A DNA stretch of 64,000 bases, taken from an uncultured Clostridia bacterium. GTDB lineage: Bacteria > Bacillota > Clostridia > Oscillospirales > JAAYOS01. The translations under genes were made by a program, and so were the position numbers. The stretch lies in contig CANQDU010000001.1 in the NCBI GenBank assembly GCA_947593925.1, positions 141,188-205,187 on the forward strand. The letters are read 5' to 3'. The notes under the pieces were generated by a model, which was not told where the DNA came from, did not search any database, and saw nothing but the letters and a program-made list of their open reading frames with translations. This document shows, piece by piece, positions 1 through 9,404 of the stretch (positions are counted from its first letter, which is position 1; every line of letters starts with the position of its first letter).

Positions 1-1152
1 GATATGAACGACCGCCAGCTCCGCTACATAGTTGACGGCATGGGCGGCAAGGCGCACGGCGTCGTGCGTGAGGACGGGTTCCAGATAACCGTCGCCACCG
101 AGGTCATGGCGCTCTTCTGCCTTGCCACCTCGCTTGACGACCTCAAGGCGCGCTGCGCGCGCATCGTCATAGGCGAGACATACTCCGGCGAGCGCGTGAC
201 GGCGGGCGACCTCCACGCCGAGGGCGCAATGGCGGCGCTTCTGCGGGACGCGCTCTCCCCGAACCTCGTCCAAACGCTCGAGCACACCCCCGCCATCGTC
301 CACGGCGGACCGTTCGCGAACATCGCGCACGGCTGCAACAGCGTCAGCGCGACGAAGCTCGCCCTCAAGCTCGGCGAGTACTGCGTCACGGAGGCCGGCT
401 TCGGCGCCGACCTCGGCGCGGAGAAGTTCCTTGACATCAAGTGCCGCATGGCGGGTCTCCGGCCGGACGCGTGCGTGATAGTCGCCACCATCCGCGCGAT
501 GAAGCACCACGGCGGCGGAGACGACCTCGCGGCGCTCGAGGCGGGCTTTGCAAACCTCGAGCGGCACATCCGCAACATCCGCGAGGTGTACAATCTCAGC
601 GCGGCGGTCGCGATAAACCGCTTCACCACCGACACCGACGAGGAAGTCGCGCTCGTTCAGCGCCTCTGCGAGAACATCGGCGCGAAGGCTGTTCCCGTAA
701 CGATATGGGCGGACGGCGGCGCGGGCGGCACGGAGCTTGCAAAGGAGGTCGTCCGTCTCTGCGAGGAAGGCAAGAGCGACCTCACCTACTGCTACCCGGA
801 CGAGATGAAGCTGAAGGACAAGATACGCGCCGTCGTGAAGCGCGTGTACCGCGGCAAGGGCGTGACGTTCGCCGCGCCGGCGTCCCGCGAGCTGAACCGC
901 CTCCAGAAGGAGGGCTACGGGAACCTCCCGGTCTGCATCGCAAAGACGCAGTATTCCTTCTCGGACAATCCGAAGCTGCTCGCCGCCCCGGAGGACTTCG
1001 AGGTGACGATACGCGACGTGCGCCTCAGCGCCGGCGCGGGCTTCGTCGTCGCGTATGCCGGCGACATCATGACGATGCCGGGTCTCCCGCCCGTCCCCGC
1101 CGCCGAGAGCATCGACCTCGACGAGGACGGAAATATCGTAGGACTATTTTAA
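1..1152 (+). CDS. fhs: Formate--tetrahydrofolate ligase, C-terminal part (5' end outside window)
   Basis: The reading frame is open from base 1. The translation ([13 protein letters not shown]...[14 protein letters not shown]...AKTQYSFSD) matches the conserved FTHFS family sequence. Confidence 0.9.
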   Translation, partial: DMNDRQLRYIVDGMGGKAHGVVREDGFQITVATEVMALFCLATSLDDLKARCARIVIGETYSGERVTAGDLHAEGAMAALLRDALSPNLVQTLEHTPAIVHGGPFANIAHGCNSVSATKLALKLGEYCVTEAGFGADLGAEKFLDIKCRMAGLRPDACVIVATIRAMKHHGGGDDLAALEAGFANLERHIRNIREVYNLSAAVAINRFTTDTDEEVALVQRLCENIGAKAVPVTIWADGGAGGTELAKEVVRLCEEGKSDLTYCYPDEMKLKDKIRAVVKRVYRGKGVTFAAPASRELNRLQKEGYGNLPVCIAKTQYSFSDNPKLLAAPEDFEVTIRDVRLSAGAGFVVAYAGDIMTMPGLPPVPAAESIDLDEDGNIVGLF

Positions 1153-1156
1153 GATT

Positions 1157-1417
1157 TCGCTGCAAATCGCGGGCGCGGATTTCATCCGCGCCCTTACCAA
1201 TTTGCAGCGAGAGTTCACTTGGAATTGCACAGGTGCAATTCCAAGTGAAGCTGTCGGATAGGGCGAAGCCCTACCGACAGCGGACGCCGTTCTTCGTTCC
1301 TCGCGGGCTCTGCCCGCTCGAAACGCGAACGGCGATAGGAGTTTTTTCCGACGTACACGCCGTCGGAAAAAACATTCAACTCATTTCGCCGCTAAAGCGG
1401 CGAAACTCTGCGAGGCT
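1157..1417 (+). repeat. Mosaic hairpin composite R1 (modules A-B-C-D-Eshort), starting 4 nt after the fhs stop codon
   Basis: It contains module A 1157-1210, B 1214-1249, C 1251-1280, D 1285-1334, a hairpin at 1342-1372, and the E tail hairpin plus AAACTCTGCGAGGCT at 1383-1417. Each module recurs elsewhere in the window. Confidence 0.8.
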
Positions 1418-1424
1418 GAAATAA

Positions 1425-1452
1425 CGGACGGTGCGATTTGTCGCACCGTCCG
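1425..1452. terminator. Stem-loop between convergent genes (likely bidirectional terminator)
   Basis: A 12-bp perfect stem (cggacggtgcga/tcgcaccgtccg) with loop tttg lies between the fhs end and the end of the minus-strand lipoprotein gene. Confidence 0.55.
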
Positions 1453-1488
1453 CTATTTGTTATGGCGCTTGCGGAGCGTCAGAGTGCG

Positions 1489-2586
1489 TTACTCGGGTGT
1501 CTCCGCAAAGTTCAGATACAGGTAGAGAGTGTAGGTCTCGCCCGAGCCGTCCTCGTTCTCGGCAAAGGTCATCGAGAGGCGGTAGTTCCCACCACTGTCC
1601 CAGTTTTGGAGACCTATGGAGCTTATCGGAATAAGCCGAGGCGCGGGCTCGCCGTTTGATTCGGCGATACGCGTCCATTGCAGATACTGACCGGTTGGCG
1701 GAAAATCGCTGGTAATGCCGTCCTCGACCGTCCGGTACGCGCCGTTTTCCTCCCGTTCGAGCTTCATCGTGTCGGCCTGCAAATATCGGGTATCCCCGTC
1801 CGCATAGAGCAGCAGGTCAAGAGCGGCAAGGGAGCCGTTGTCTCCGCTGCGGTCAGTAAGAGTGTACGCCGCGACGCCTATCGGGTCGTCCCCGTACTGC
1901 GGTATGTCGAACTCGAAGGTTATCTCCTCCTCCGCCTCGCCGTTGGAGCCTCCGAACGCCGTTACATCCTCGCCGTTTAACGGCTCGAAGGGGATGGTGT
2001 CCTCGGTCCACAGCGGCACATACTCCCGCGCTACGACGCGGGCGCGGTAGTGCCCCGGAAGATAGTCATCAAGTTCTACTGCCAGCACCTGCTCGTTCCA
2101 CTCCGTCTCGTATGGATGCACGAATGAGCCGTAAACTAGCGGCGGAGTGTCAAACGCATATCCGATAAGCGTCCTAGTCCTCGGAGAAGCGTTGGAAACG
2201 CTGCCGCAGGCGGCCCAGCTGTCGCCGTCCTGCCGCTCAACGGTGCCGACTATTACGGAACCGCTGTCTCCCCGGACAAGCTCTCCGTCCTCCCAGAGGT
2301 TGTCGCCGAGCGAGTAATATTTGCCGTCGCCGGTCCGTATCTCCAGTTCGACGCTTATTCCGGGAGAGAGATTCAGGTATTTGCCGCTGAGGCCGGTTAC
2401 CGTCACCTCGAACTGTCCCTCGCTCCCCGAGGTGAACGTCTCGGGCACGGTGAACGTGAGGAGGTCCGGCGCGTCCGGCACTCCGCTCTCATCGCCCGGC
2501 GAACAAGATGAGAACATGAGCCCGACGGCAACCGAAAGAGCCAACAGCGCCGAGAAACATCTTTTTGCCGTGTTATTTGCTTTCAT
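1489..2586 (-). CDS. Predicted secreted lipoprotein of unknown function (paralog of 33429..34415)
   Basis: An internal Met at 2586 starts MKANNTAKRCFSALLALSVAVGLMFSSC, which reads as a signal peptide with a lipobox-like FSSC. The C-terminus (YRLSMTFAENEDGSGETYTLYLYLNF) resembles that of ORF 33429..34415. Confidence 0.65.
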   Translation of the reverse strand: MKANNTAKRCFSALLALSVAVGLMFSSCSPGDESGVPDAPDLLTFTVPETFTSGSEGQFEVTVTGLSGKYLNLSPGISVELEIRTGDGKYYSLGDNLWEDGELVRGDSGSVIVGTVERQDGDSWAACGSVSNASPRTRTLIGYAFDTPPLVYGSFVHPYETEWNEQVLAVELDDYLPGHYRARVVAREYVPLWTEDTIPFEPLNGEDVTAFGGSNGEAEEEITFEFDIPQYGDDPIGVAAYTLTDRSGDNGSLAALDLLLYADGDTRYLQADTMKLEREENGAYRTVEDGITSDFPPTGQYLQWTRIAESNGEPAPRLIPISSIGLQNWDSGGNYRLSMTFAENEDGSGETYTLYLYLNFAETPE

Positions 2587-2683
2587 TTTTACTGCCTCCT
2601 TTTTCCGGCTTTCGCCGTTTTCACCCGTATATGTCCGCACACCGCAAAATGAGGACAGCTTTTTCAAAAAATTTTTGGTAGAC

Positions 2684-2724
2684 AAAAAACAGTCTTTTCG
2701 GCTAACGCCGAAAAGACTGTTTTT
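2684..2724. terminator. Bidirectional rho-independent terminator
   Basis: A 13-bp stem (cagtcttttcggc/gccgaaaagactg) is flanked by an A-run and a T-run, downstream of the NUDIX gene. Confidence 0.6.
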
Positions 2725-2774
2725 CACATATCCCGTATATACCGGCGGAGCTTCCCGCCCGCGCCGACTGCCGC

Positions 2775-3221
2775 TCACAGCAGCGTCGGAGTCCACTTGT
2801 CTCCGTCGCGCTCGTAGATGAACTCGCTCACGCCGTCGTCCTCGAACGCGCGGAGCTGTACGTCGAGCTCCGGCACCTGCTCCATCGAGGCTATCTCGTC
2901 CTTCGTCGCCCAGAACATCCTGCCCTCCGAGGAGGAGCGCAGTTCGCCCGAAAACTCGCTTGTCTCAAAGTAGACCACTATGTAGCGGGCGTCCTCCTTC
3001 GTCTGAAACTGCTTTATCGCGCGGAGGTGGACGCTTCCTATCGTGAGACCCGTCTCCTCGTACACCTCGCGCCGCGCGGCGCGGACAAAGCTCTCCTCCC
3101 GCTCGACGTGTCCGCCGGGGAGGCTCACTCCGTGCCAGCCCGGATCGACCCGGTCCTGAAAGAGAATTTTGTCCCCGTCGCGCACGAGGACGAGCACCGT
3201 AAATATTGCGCTTTCCGGCAT
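2775..3221 (-). CDS. NUDIX hydrolase
   Basis: The Nudix box GGHVEREESFVRAARREVYEETGL is present. Confidence 0.85.
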   Translation of the reverse strand: MPESAIFTVLVLVRDGDKILFQDRVDPGWHGVSLPGGHVEREESFVRAARREVYEETGLTIGSVHLRAIKQFQTKEDARYIVVYFETSEFSGELRSSSEGRMFWATKDEIASMEQVPELDVQLRAFEDDGVSEFIYERDGDKWTPTLL

Positions 3222-3224
3222 GGT

Positions 3225-3980
3225 TCAACCCTCCAAAAAATGTTCGAGCAGAAGCATGGCTATGAAGCCGAGCACCTGCGCGCAGACCGCAAGATGAGAT
3301 TCGCCGTGCGAGTGCACGGACGGTATCATCTCTCCGCAGACGACGCAGAGCATCGTCCCGCCCGCAAACGCCAGCGCAAACGGGAGTATCGCCGCCGCGA
3401 GGCTTACCGCCGAGTAGCCTATGAGCACACCCACGACCTCCACAAGCCCGGTAAGCAGCGCCACGACAAAGCTCTGCCCCGTACTCATGCCGGCGGCGAG
3501 CATCGAGGCTACGAGCAGCATCCCGACCGGGATGTTGTGAAGCGCTATGCTCCCCGCGACCGCGAAGGCCGCCGCCGTGCCGCCTCCGAAGCCCACGCCC
3601 GCCGCTATTCCCTCCGGCAGGTTGTGGACGGCTATCGCGAGGACAAACAGCACCGCGCGGTCGAGCGCGCGCCCACGCTCCCCCTCGGCATTCTCAACGC
3701 CGGTGAAGCGCCGCAGATGCGGCGCGGCGTGGTCAAGCAGCGTGATAAACAGAGTTCCCGCGAGTATGCCCGCAACGGTCACCCATATCCCGTTCTTCCC
3801 TCCGGCCTCGACCGAGGGCATGATGAGTCCGATCACCGCCGCCGCGAGCATCACCCCGCCCGCGAACGCCATTACGGCATCCCCGAGCTTCTGCGAGGGC
3901 TTGCGTATAAAGAAGCCTGCCGCCGCGCCGACGACCGTCGCTCCGCCTATGCCGAGCGCGCTCAAAAGTACGATAATCAA
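3225..3980 (-). CDS. ZIP family metal (zinc) transporter
   Basis: It is a multi-pass membrane protein carrying the HNLPEGIA and HNIPVG motifs typical of ZupT/ZIP. Its stop codon lies 3 nt before the NUDIX start. Confidence 0.8.
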   Translation of the reverse strand: MIIVLLSALGIGGATVVGAAAGFFIRKPSQKLGDAVMAFAGGVMLAAAVIGLIMPSVEAGGKNGIWVTVAGILAGTLFITLLDHAAPHLRRFTGVENAEGERGRALDRAVLFVLAIAVHNLPEGIAAGVGFGGGTAAAFAVAGSIALHNIPVGMLLVASMLAAGMSTGQSFVVALLTGLVEVVGVLIGYSAVSLAAAILPFALAFAGGTMLCVVCGEMIPSVHSHGESHLAVCAQVLGFIAMLLLEHFLEG

Positions 3981-4050
3981 GATGTCCCTCCAAACAAAAA
4001 CGAAAAGCGGACGACGCGCGTCATCCGCTTGAAGCGTGTATATCCGGCCG

Positions 4051-4839
4051 TTACAGCATCTTCACGGTATAGTAGACCGCGAGTATGAGCAGATATGCGA
4101 CCATAACAAAGACGAGGTAATACGCCACGGTCGCGCCGAAGATAAATCCGGCAAGAAGGCACGCCGCCGTCACGCCCGCAGTTATGTAGCTGAGAAGGTA
4201 CTTCGTCGTCTTGGGCATGACTTCAAAGGTCCTCGAACCCACCTTGACCGTTCCGTTGTTCTTTTCCACGAGCTTCACGGCGCAGGCGTATGCGGCGAGC
4301 AGTACGAACGCGGCTATGAGGCCGGCTATGGCGAGGTTGAAACGGAAGAACCGTCCCACCACGAACCCGTCCGCTATAGAGCGGCTGAGATACCACAGCA
4401 GAACCGCGCCGCAAGCGCAAACGAGCGACATAAGGAAGAAGTCGTGCGGATAGAGCAGGTAGACGAGTATCAGCGCGCTTGCCACCGGCACGAAAACATA
4501 CATCATCTTCACGCCGCTCGTAGTAAGCGCCGCACAGCAGAACGCGCACACCGCGACTATCGCACAGCCGAGCGCGACGTTCTTTCCGCTGATGACCTTA
4601 TACTCGCGCTTTTCCCCGAATCTCTCCCAGAGAATGCCCGCGACCGTTCCCGCGGCAAAGACCGCCGCCAGAACATACAGCACCTTCCGGATGACAAACA
4701 TCGTCTCGACTCTGGAATACAGTCGGTACGCGCCCATCAGCCCCAGTATCAGCACAAACGCCAGAGTAAACACCGCTAGCACGCGATTTGTGAGGTAATC
4801 CTCCCGGCGCTGCGCCGCCTTTTTATTTTCCGCTGCCAT
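4051..4839 (-). CDS. Integral membrane protein, unknown function
   Basis: The 262-aa ORF has several hydrophobic helices and coding-like composition. I recognise no family. Confidence 0.55.
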   Translation of the reverse strand: MAAENKKAAQRREDYLTNRVLAVFTLAFVLILGLMGAYRLYSRVETMFVIRKVLYVLAAVFAAGTVAGILWERFGEKREYKVISGKNVALGCAIVAVCAFCCAALTTSGVKMMYVFVPVASALILVYLLYPHDFFLMSLVCACGAVLLWYLSRSIADGFVVGRFFRFNLAIAGLIAAFVLLAAYACAVKLVEKNNGTVKVGSRTFEVMPKTTKYLLSYITAGVTAACLLAGFIFGATVAYYLVFVMVAYLLILAVYYTVKML

Positions 4840-4985
4840 CTCTATCCTCCCGAACCTGTCTCAAAAGGCGAATCTTCCCGCCTACTTTGATTATTGTATC
4901 AAATTTTACTTCCGAGGTCAAGCATTATCGGGAAATTGCGAAAAAACGCGAATTTCCGTTCCCGTGAAGCTTCACATCGCGGGTC

Positions 4986-5381
4986 TTACTCCCGCCGTTC
5001 CAGCTCGAAGGCGTTGGGAAGCAGCTCTTCCCGTCCGAGCTCCCGCCACCCGTTCTCGGGCGAAGCGCAGAGGACGCGGATGTCCGGCGCGAGCTCGAAG
5101 ATGAACTGGCGGCAGATCCCGCAGGGCGTGCAGAACCCGCCCTCGCTCGCGGCGACGGCGAGGCGCACAAACTCCCGCTTCCCCGCGGCTATCGCCGCGC
5201 CGAAAGCCATTCGCTCGGCGCAGACCGTCGCGCCGTAGCTGCCGCATTCGACGTTGCAGCCGACGAAAACCGTTCCGTCCGCGCACTCGAGCGCCGCACC
5301 GACACGGAAGCCCGAGTACGGCGCGTATGCGTTATCCCTCACGCGCCGCGCCTCCGCGACAAGCTCTTTATCAGTCATCAA
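4986..5381 (-). CDS. cdd: Cytidine deaminase
   Basis: The zinc-binding motifs CAER and PCGICRQ are present, and the 131-aa size fits homotetrameric CDA. Confidence 0.85.
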   Translation of the reverse strand: MMTDKELVAEARRVRDNAYAPYSGFRVGAALECADGTVFVGCNVECGSYGATVCAERMAFGAAIAAGKREFVRLAVAASEGGFCTPCGICRQFIFELAPDIRVLCASPENGWRELGREELLPNAFELERRE

Positions 5382-6306
5382 AGCCTACCCTCTCCGCCAC
5401 GATGTAGTACGGACGTCCGCGCGCCTCGTCGAGCACCCGCGAGAGGTACTGGCCGATGATGCCGAGCATCAGCATCACGAGTCCGAGCGCCGCGAGAATT
5501 ATTCCGCCGATATAGTAGAGCGCGTTCACCGCCGTCCAGACGCCCGCGAGGTGCAGTATAAGCGTCACGAGCAGGTAGACGCAGCTCATAAACAGCGTAA
5601 AGATCCCGAGCCCCGTCGCGAACGCGAGCGGCCTGTAGGAGAAGGACGCGATACCGTCGCCCGCGAGGCGGAGCATCTTCTTGAGGGTGTACTTCGTCTC
5701 GCCGACCGTCCGCTCCTCGCGGACATACTCGACCGCCGCCTGCTTAAATCCCACCCAGCTCACAAGCCCTCGGATGTAGCGGTTGTGCTCGGGCAGGGAG
5801 TTCATCACGTCGCAGACCTGCCGGCTGAGCAGGCGGAAGTCGCCGGTGTCTACCGGGATATCGACCGTCGTGAGACTGTCGAGCACGCGGTAGAAGACCT
5901 TCGCCGTGAGCAGCTTGAACGCGGTCTCGCCCTTGCGCTTGCCGCGCTTGCCGTAGACGACGTCGTACCCCTCGCGCCACTTTTCTATCATCACGGGTAT
6001 GACCTCGGGCGGATCCTGAAGATCGGCGTCTATGACGACGACGGCGTCCCCGCGCGACTCCGCCATTCCCGCGCTTATCGCGCACTGATGGCCGAAGTTC
6101 CGCGAGAAGCTTATCAGCTTCGAGCGCGGGTCTCGCGCGCATATACCGCGCAGCAGCTCCGGAGAACTGTCCCGGCTGCCGTCGTTGACAAATATCAGCT
6201 CGTAGTCCTCTCCGGTCCCATCCATGGTTTCCTTGAGGCGGTCGTGGCTCCATTCGATGAGCCCCTCCTCGTTGAAGACCGGCACGACTATGGATATAAG
6301 CGACAT
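5371..6306 (-). CDS. Family 2 glycosyltransferase (polyprenol-phosphate glycosyltransferase-like, C-terminal TM helices)
   Basis: The N-terminus IVVPVFNEE...FVNDGSRD...IDADLQDP is a GT2 signature, followed by two C-terminal TM segments as in the GtrB/ArnC-like group. Confidence 0.8.
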   Translation of the reverse strand: MSLISIVVPVFNEEGLIEWSHDRLKETMDGTGEDYELIFVNDGSRDSSPELLRGICARDPRSKLISFSRNFGHQCAISAGMAESRGDAVVVIDADLQDPPEVIPVMIEKWREGYDVVYGKRGKRKGETAFKLLTAKVFYRVLDSLTTVDIPVDTGDFRLLSRQVCDVMNSLPEHNRYIRGLVSWVGFKQAAVEYVREERTVGETKYTLKKMLRLAGDGIASFSYRPLAFATGLGIFTLFMSCVYLLVTLILHLAGVWTAVNALYYIGGIILAALGLVMLMLGIIGQYLSRVLDEARGRPYYIVAERVGFDD

Positions 6307-6375
6307 TTCAGCATCCTCCCAACTTTTTCTTAGACGCGGCGGCGCGGAAAAAGTTCCGCGCGCCGGAAGATTTTC

Positions 6376-7293
6376 TCAGGCGCGGACGTGCCGCCCTCTC
6401 CGGCAGGCCAGTCCCCACACGAGCAGCGCCGCTATCGCGGCAAACACCGCCGTCATCGGTACCAGCGCCAGACGCTCGAGCGACGTGAGCTCCGCCGCTT
6501 CGGTCTCCGCGCCCGCAGAAAGCAGGAGCGCGAGCGCCGAGAGGCCGTTGTAGCCTATGTGCATCGCTATCGACGCACCCGCGCCGCACCACACGAAAAC
6601 GAGGCCGAGCAGCAGTCCCGTAGGCAGGACGTAGAGCATCTGCAGCGGCTCCATGTGTACGAGCGCGAACACCGCTCCGGTGATGAGCACCGCCGCCCAC
6701 GCGGGGTACGCTCTGCGGAGCGAGCGCATCGGCATACAGCGGAAGGCTATCTCCTCCGTCACCGGCACGAGCAGCGCGACACAGAATATCATCAGCGGCG
6801 ACGTGTCGGAAAGCGCTTCCCCTACCCCCTCGTTGTAGCTGTCAAGCATCTCCTGCGGTATCGGCAGAAGCTCCATAAGGAAGCTCGTCACGAGGTTCAT
6901 CGCGACGCCGAGGAACAGCGCCATTATGATTGCGAGTATGTCCGGCCGGCCAAACCCCATGTCGCGGAATATTTTTCCGTGGCAGAGCTTCACCACGACG
7001 AGAGCGCTCACTATGGTGAGCGCGCAGTACACCGTCATGATGACCGGCAACATCTCGCTCATGCTCTCCGCCGCCTGCTCCTGCACGGCGCCCACGTCCC
7101 CGCCGTTTACAAGCGCGAGCGAGAACGTCTGCGCAAACATCACGACAAACGTTACCGCTACCTCCGCGACAAGGTACACCGCCGGGAATATCAGCGCGAG
7201 CAGCAGTGCGATCATCTTGCTCGGACGCTTCGGCGCGGGCGGCTCCATGCCGCCGTAATACCGAATGTTTTCGCCGTAACCACGTCCATCCAT
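6376..7293 (-). CDS. CPBP family intramembrane glutamic endopeptidase (CAAX protease/Abi)
   Basis: The EEIAFR and FALVH motifs sit in a polytopic membrane protein. The start codon is uncertain. Confidence 0.75.
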   Translation of the reverse strand: MDGRGYGENIRYYGGMEPPAPKRPSKMIALLLALIFPAVYLVAEVAVTFVVMFAQTFSLALVNGGDVGAVQEQAAESMSEMLPVIMTVYCALTIVSALVVVKLCHGKIFRDMGFGRPDILAIIMALFLGVAMNLVTSFLMELLPIPQEMLDSYNEGVGEALSDTSPLMIFCVALLVPVTEEIAFRCMPMRSLRRAYPAWAAVLITGAVFALVHMEPLQMLYVLPTGLLLGLVFVWCGAGASIAMHIGYNGLSALALLLSAGAETEAAELTSLERLALVPMTAVFAAIAALLVWGLACRRGRHVRA

Positions 7294-7316
7294 ATCGGTT
7301 TCCCCTCCCGCAAAAT

Positions 7317-9323
7317 TTATTCAAGCCCGTAATAGCTCGCAGCGCGCGCCACGTCCGCGCGGAACGTATCCGCCGGAAGGACGGCCGCGCATCCCGCCTC
7401 TCCGCTCGACGCCCAGACTATCCCCACAAGCTCCCCGTCCCGGGAGTACGCGCCCGAGCCGGAGGCTCCCGGAGCGAGCGGTATATCCGTCAGCACCGAA
7501 TCGCCCGCGTACCCCTCGAGCGTCACACTGCCGGAGTGCGCCGCGCCGTCGGAGCCGTCGTAAATGACTATTCTTCCGTCGATCGCGGGCGCGGCGGCCG
7601 AGAGCCGCGCGGCGCGGTTCATGCTCGCCGCCACCTTCAGTATGGCGTAGTCGTGCTCCCCGGATACGCAGTACACCTCCGCCGGGACGCTTCTCCCGCC
7701 CGGAAGCGTGACCGCTATCGCGAGCGCGTCCCGCGCGACGTGCGCGTTCGTCACGATGAGCCCGCCCCTGTGGACGGCTACTCCGCAGGCGGAGCCGACG
7801 CCGTTCTTCAGCGTCACTCTTATCGAGACGCTCTCGCCCGCGAACTTCTCGAGCGCGTCCGGCGTAAGCTCGAACGCCGCCCCGCTTCCGCGTATGGCGA
7901 CAAGGCGCTCGTTTGCAATATATTCCACGTCCGCGCCGAGCGCGGTCATGACAAAGCGGAGCGGCACGAGCGTCCGCGAGGACACTATTTCCGCCGGGAC
8001 ATCCAGCGCCGCCGCCCGGCCGTTCACGGCGGCGGCGGTGCTGCCGATAGTCACCGAGACGCTTCTGCCGCCAAGCGCGGCGAAAGCGGTCTTTGTCACG
8101 CCGTTCCACGACACATCCGCACCGAGCCCTTCGAATATCGCCCGCATCGGCACGAGCAGACGTCCCGAGCGGTTCACCGGCTCGACGTCGAACGTGAGCT
8201 TCTTCCCGTCGAGCAGGACGCGGTACGTCCCGGAGGAGCGCTGCGGAAGCTCGTAGGAGCCGCTTCCCACCCGCATGAACGTGTCATAGTCGAGGCGGTC
8301 TGTCCCGCTGCCGAGCTGACAGCAGACGTTCGAACCCGCCGCCCAGCGCTCGCCGTTAGTCTTGACGGCGGTGATAAAGCTGCCGCCTATCGCGCAGGAC
8401 GCGACGTCGTGCAGAGCCTCGCTCGGCGCGGCCACGCTCCCGGCTCCTATGCCGAGCTCGCCGGCGTTCCCGGTCCCCCATGTGTAGAGCGTGCCGGACG
8501 TGCTCACGGCGGCGAAGCGCCCGCTGTTTGCCGTGACGGACGCCATTCCGGAGCGCAGCAGAACGGCGCGTCCGTCGCGGTAGAGGTACAGCCCTCCCGC
8601 GCGAGTGATGTACAGTATCTCGCTCGATGTGGCGGCGGCCGTCGTGACGCCGTGCGCTATCGTCGTCTCCTTCGCGCGTCCGTTCCCGACGCCGCCGGGA
8701 ACGGCGCTTCCGAGGGCGGAGAGCTCCCCGTCCCGCAGCAGCAGAGTCGTGGCGCCGCCGCAGAACACCGCGTCAACGCCCTCCGCCACGGCCCGCGGGG
8801 CGCTCCCGAGCCGTCTTCCGTCCGGATACTCCCAGGAGGCGTTGCCCCATGCGTAGAGGACGCCGTCCTCCGTGAGGGCATACGCGCGGTTCAGCGCGGC
8901 GGCGGTCTGCTTCACTCCGCCCATGACGAACACCGGCGAGCTCGACTGTTCACTCTTTCCGTTACCGAGCTGACCCTGTTCGCCGTTGCCCCATGCGTAC
9001 AGATCGCCGGAGGCGGTCACGGCGTAGGAGCTCCACTGTCCGGCGGCGATGCCCGCCGTGCCGCGCATAACAAGGCGAGGCTCGGCATACGAGACGTTCG
9101 TCCCGATGCCGAGCTGACCGTAGCGGTTGTCGCCCCACGCATATACCTCGCCCGAGCCGCGAAGCTCGAGCGTGTGATATCGTCCCGCGGCAAGGACGCC
9201 GGGCGCGTCCTCCGCAAGCGCGGCGGCGGAAATCTCCGCCGCCGCCGTGTTTACGGTAAGAAGCGGCAGGAGAAGCGCGAGCGCCGCAAGCGCCGCCGAA
9301 AGGCGGCGAAACGCCGTGCGCAT
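7317..9323 (-). CDS. Secreted multidomain protein: RCC1-like repeats + copper-amine-oxidase-N-like (stalk) domain + trypsin-like serine peptidase domain
   Basis: A signal peptide (MRTAFRRLSAALAALALLLPLL) is followed by repeated YAWG(xN)xxGQLG motifs. Next come LVPMRAIFEGLGADVSW...LVPLRFVMTALGADVEY, then TNAHV...DYAILKV...GASGSG. Confidence 0.75.
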   Translation of the reverse strand: MRTAFRRLSAALAALALLLPLLTVNTAAAEISAAALAEDAPGVLAAGRYHTLELRGSGEVYAWGDNRYGQLGIGTNVSYAEPRLVMRGTAGIAAGQWSSYAVTASGDLYAWGNGEQGQLGNGKSEQSSSPVFVMGGVKQTAAALNRAYALTEDGVLYAWGNASWEYPDGRRLGSAPRAVAEGVDAVFCGGATTLLLRDGELSALGSAVPGGVGNGRAKETTIAHGVTTAAATSSEILYITRAGGLYLYRDGRAVLLRSGMASVTANSGRFAAVSTSGTLYTWGTGNAGELGIGAGSVAAPSEALHDVASCAIGGSFITAVKTNGERWAAGSNVCCQLGSGTDRLDYDTFMRVGSGSYELPQRSSGTYRVLLDGKKLTFDVEPVNRSGRLLVPMRAIFEGLGADVSWNGVTKTAFAALGGRSVSVTIGSTAAAVNGRAAALDVPAEIVSSRTLVPLRFVMTALGADVEYIANERLVAIRGSGAAFELTPDALEKFAGESVSIRVTLKNGVGSACGVAVHRGGLIVTNAHVARDALAIAVTLPGGRSVPAEVYCVSGEHDYAILKVAASMNRAARLSAAAPAIDGRIVIYDGSDGAAHSGSVTLEGYAGDSVLTDIPLAPGASGSGAYSRDGELVGIVWASSGEAGCAAVLPADTFRADVARAASYYGLE

Positions 9324-9404
9324 GGTCTCACCTCCGCTTGAAATATGCCCCCGTTAGCTCCGAGCCTCACGGCCGTGCCGCATCCGAGGGGGCTTCACGC
9401 CATC

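Noticed and set aside
7206-9341. A 711-aa plus-strand ORF, and many similar long ORFs (e.g. 441-1424, 11318-12487, 25934-27298, 29691-31004, 36597-37898, 44091-45695, 55625-57289, 61136-63283).
   Set aside because: They lie antisense or out of frame to genes with clear family signatures. Their translations are Arg/Ala/Gly/Pro-rich low-complexity strings typical of shadow ORFs in GC-rich DNA, and none has a recognisable motif or RBS.
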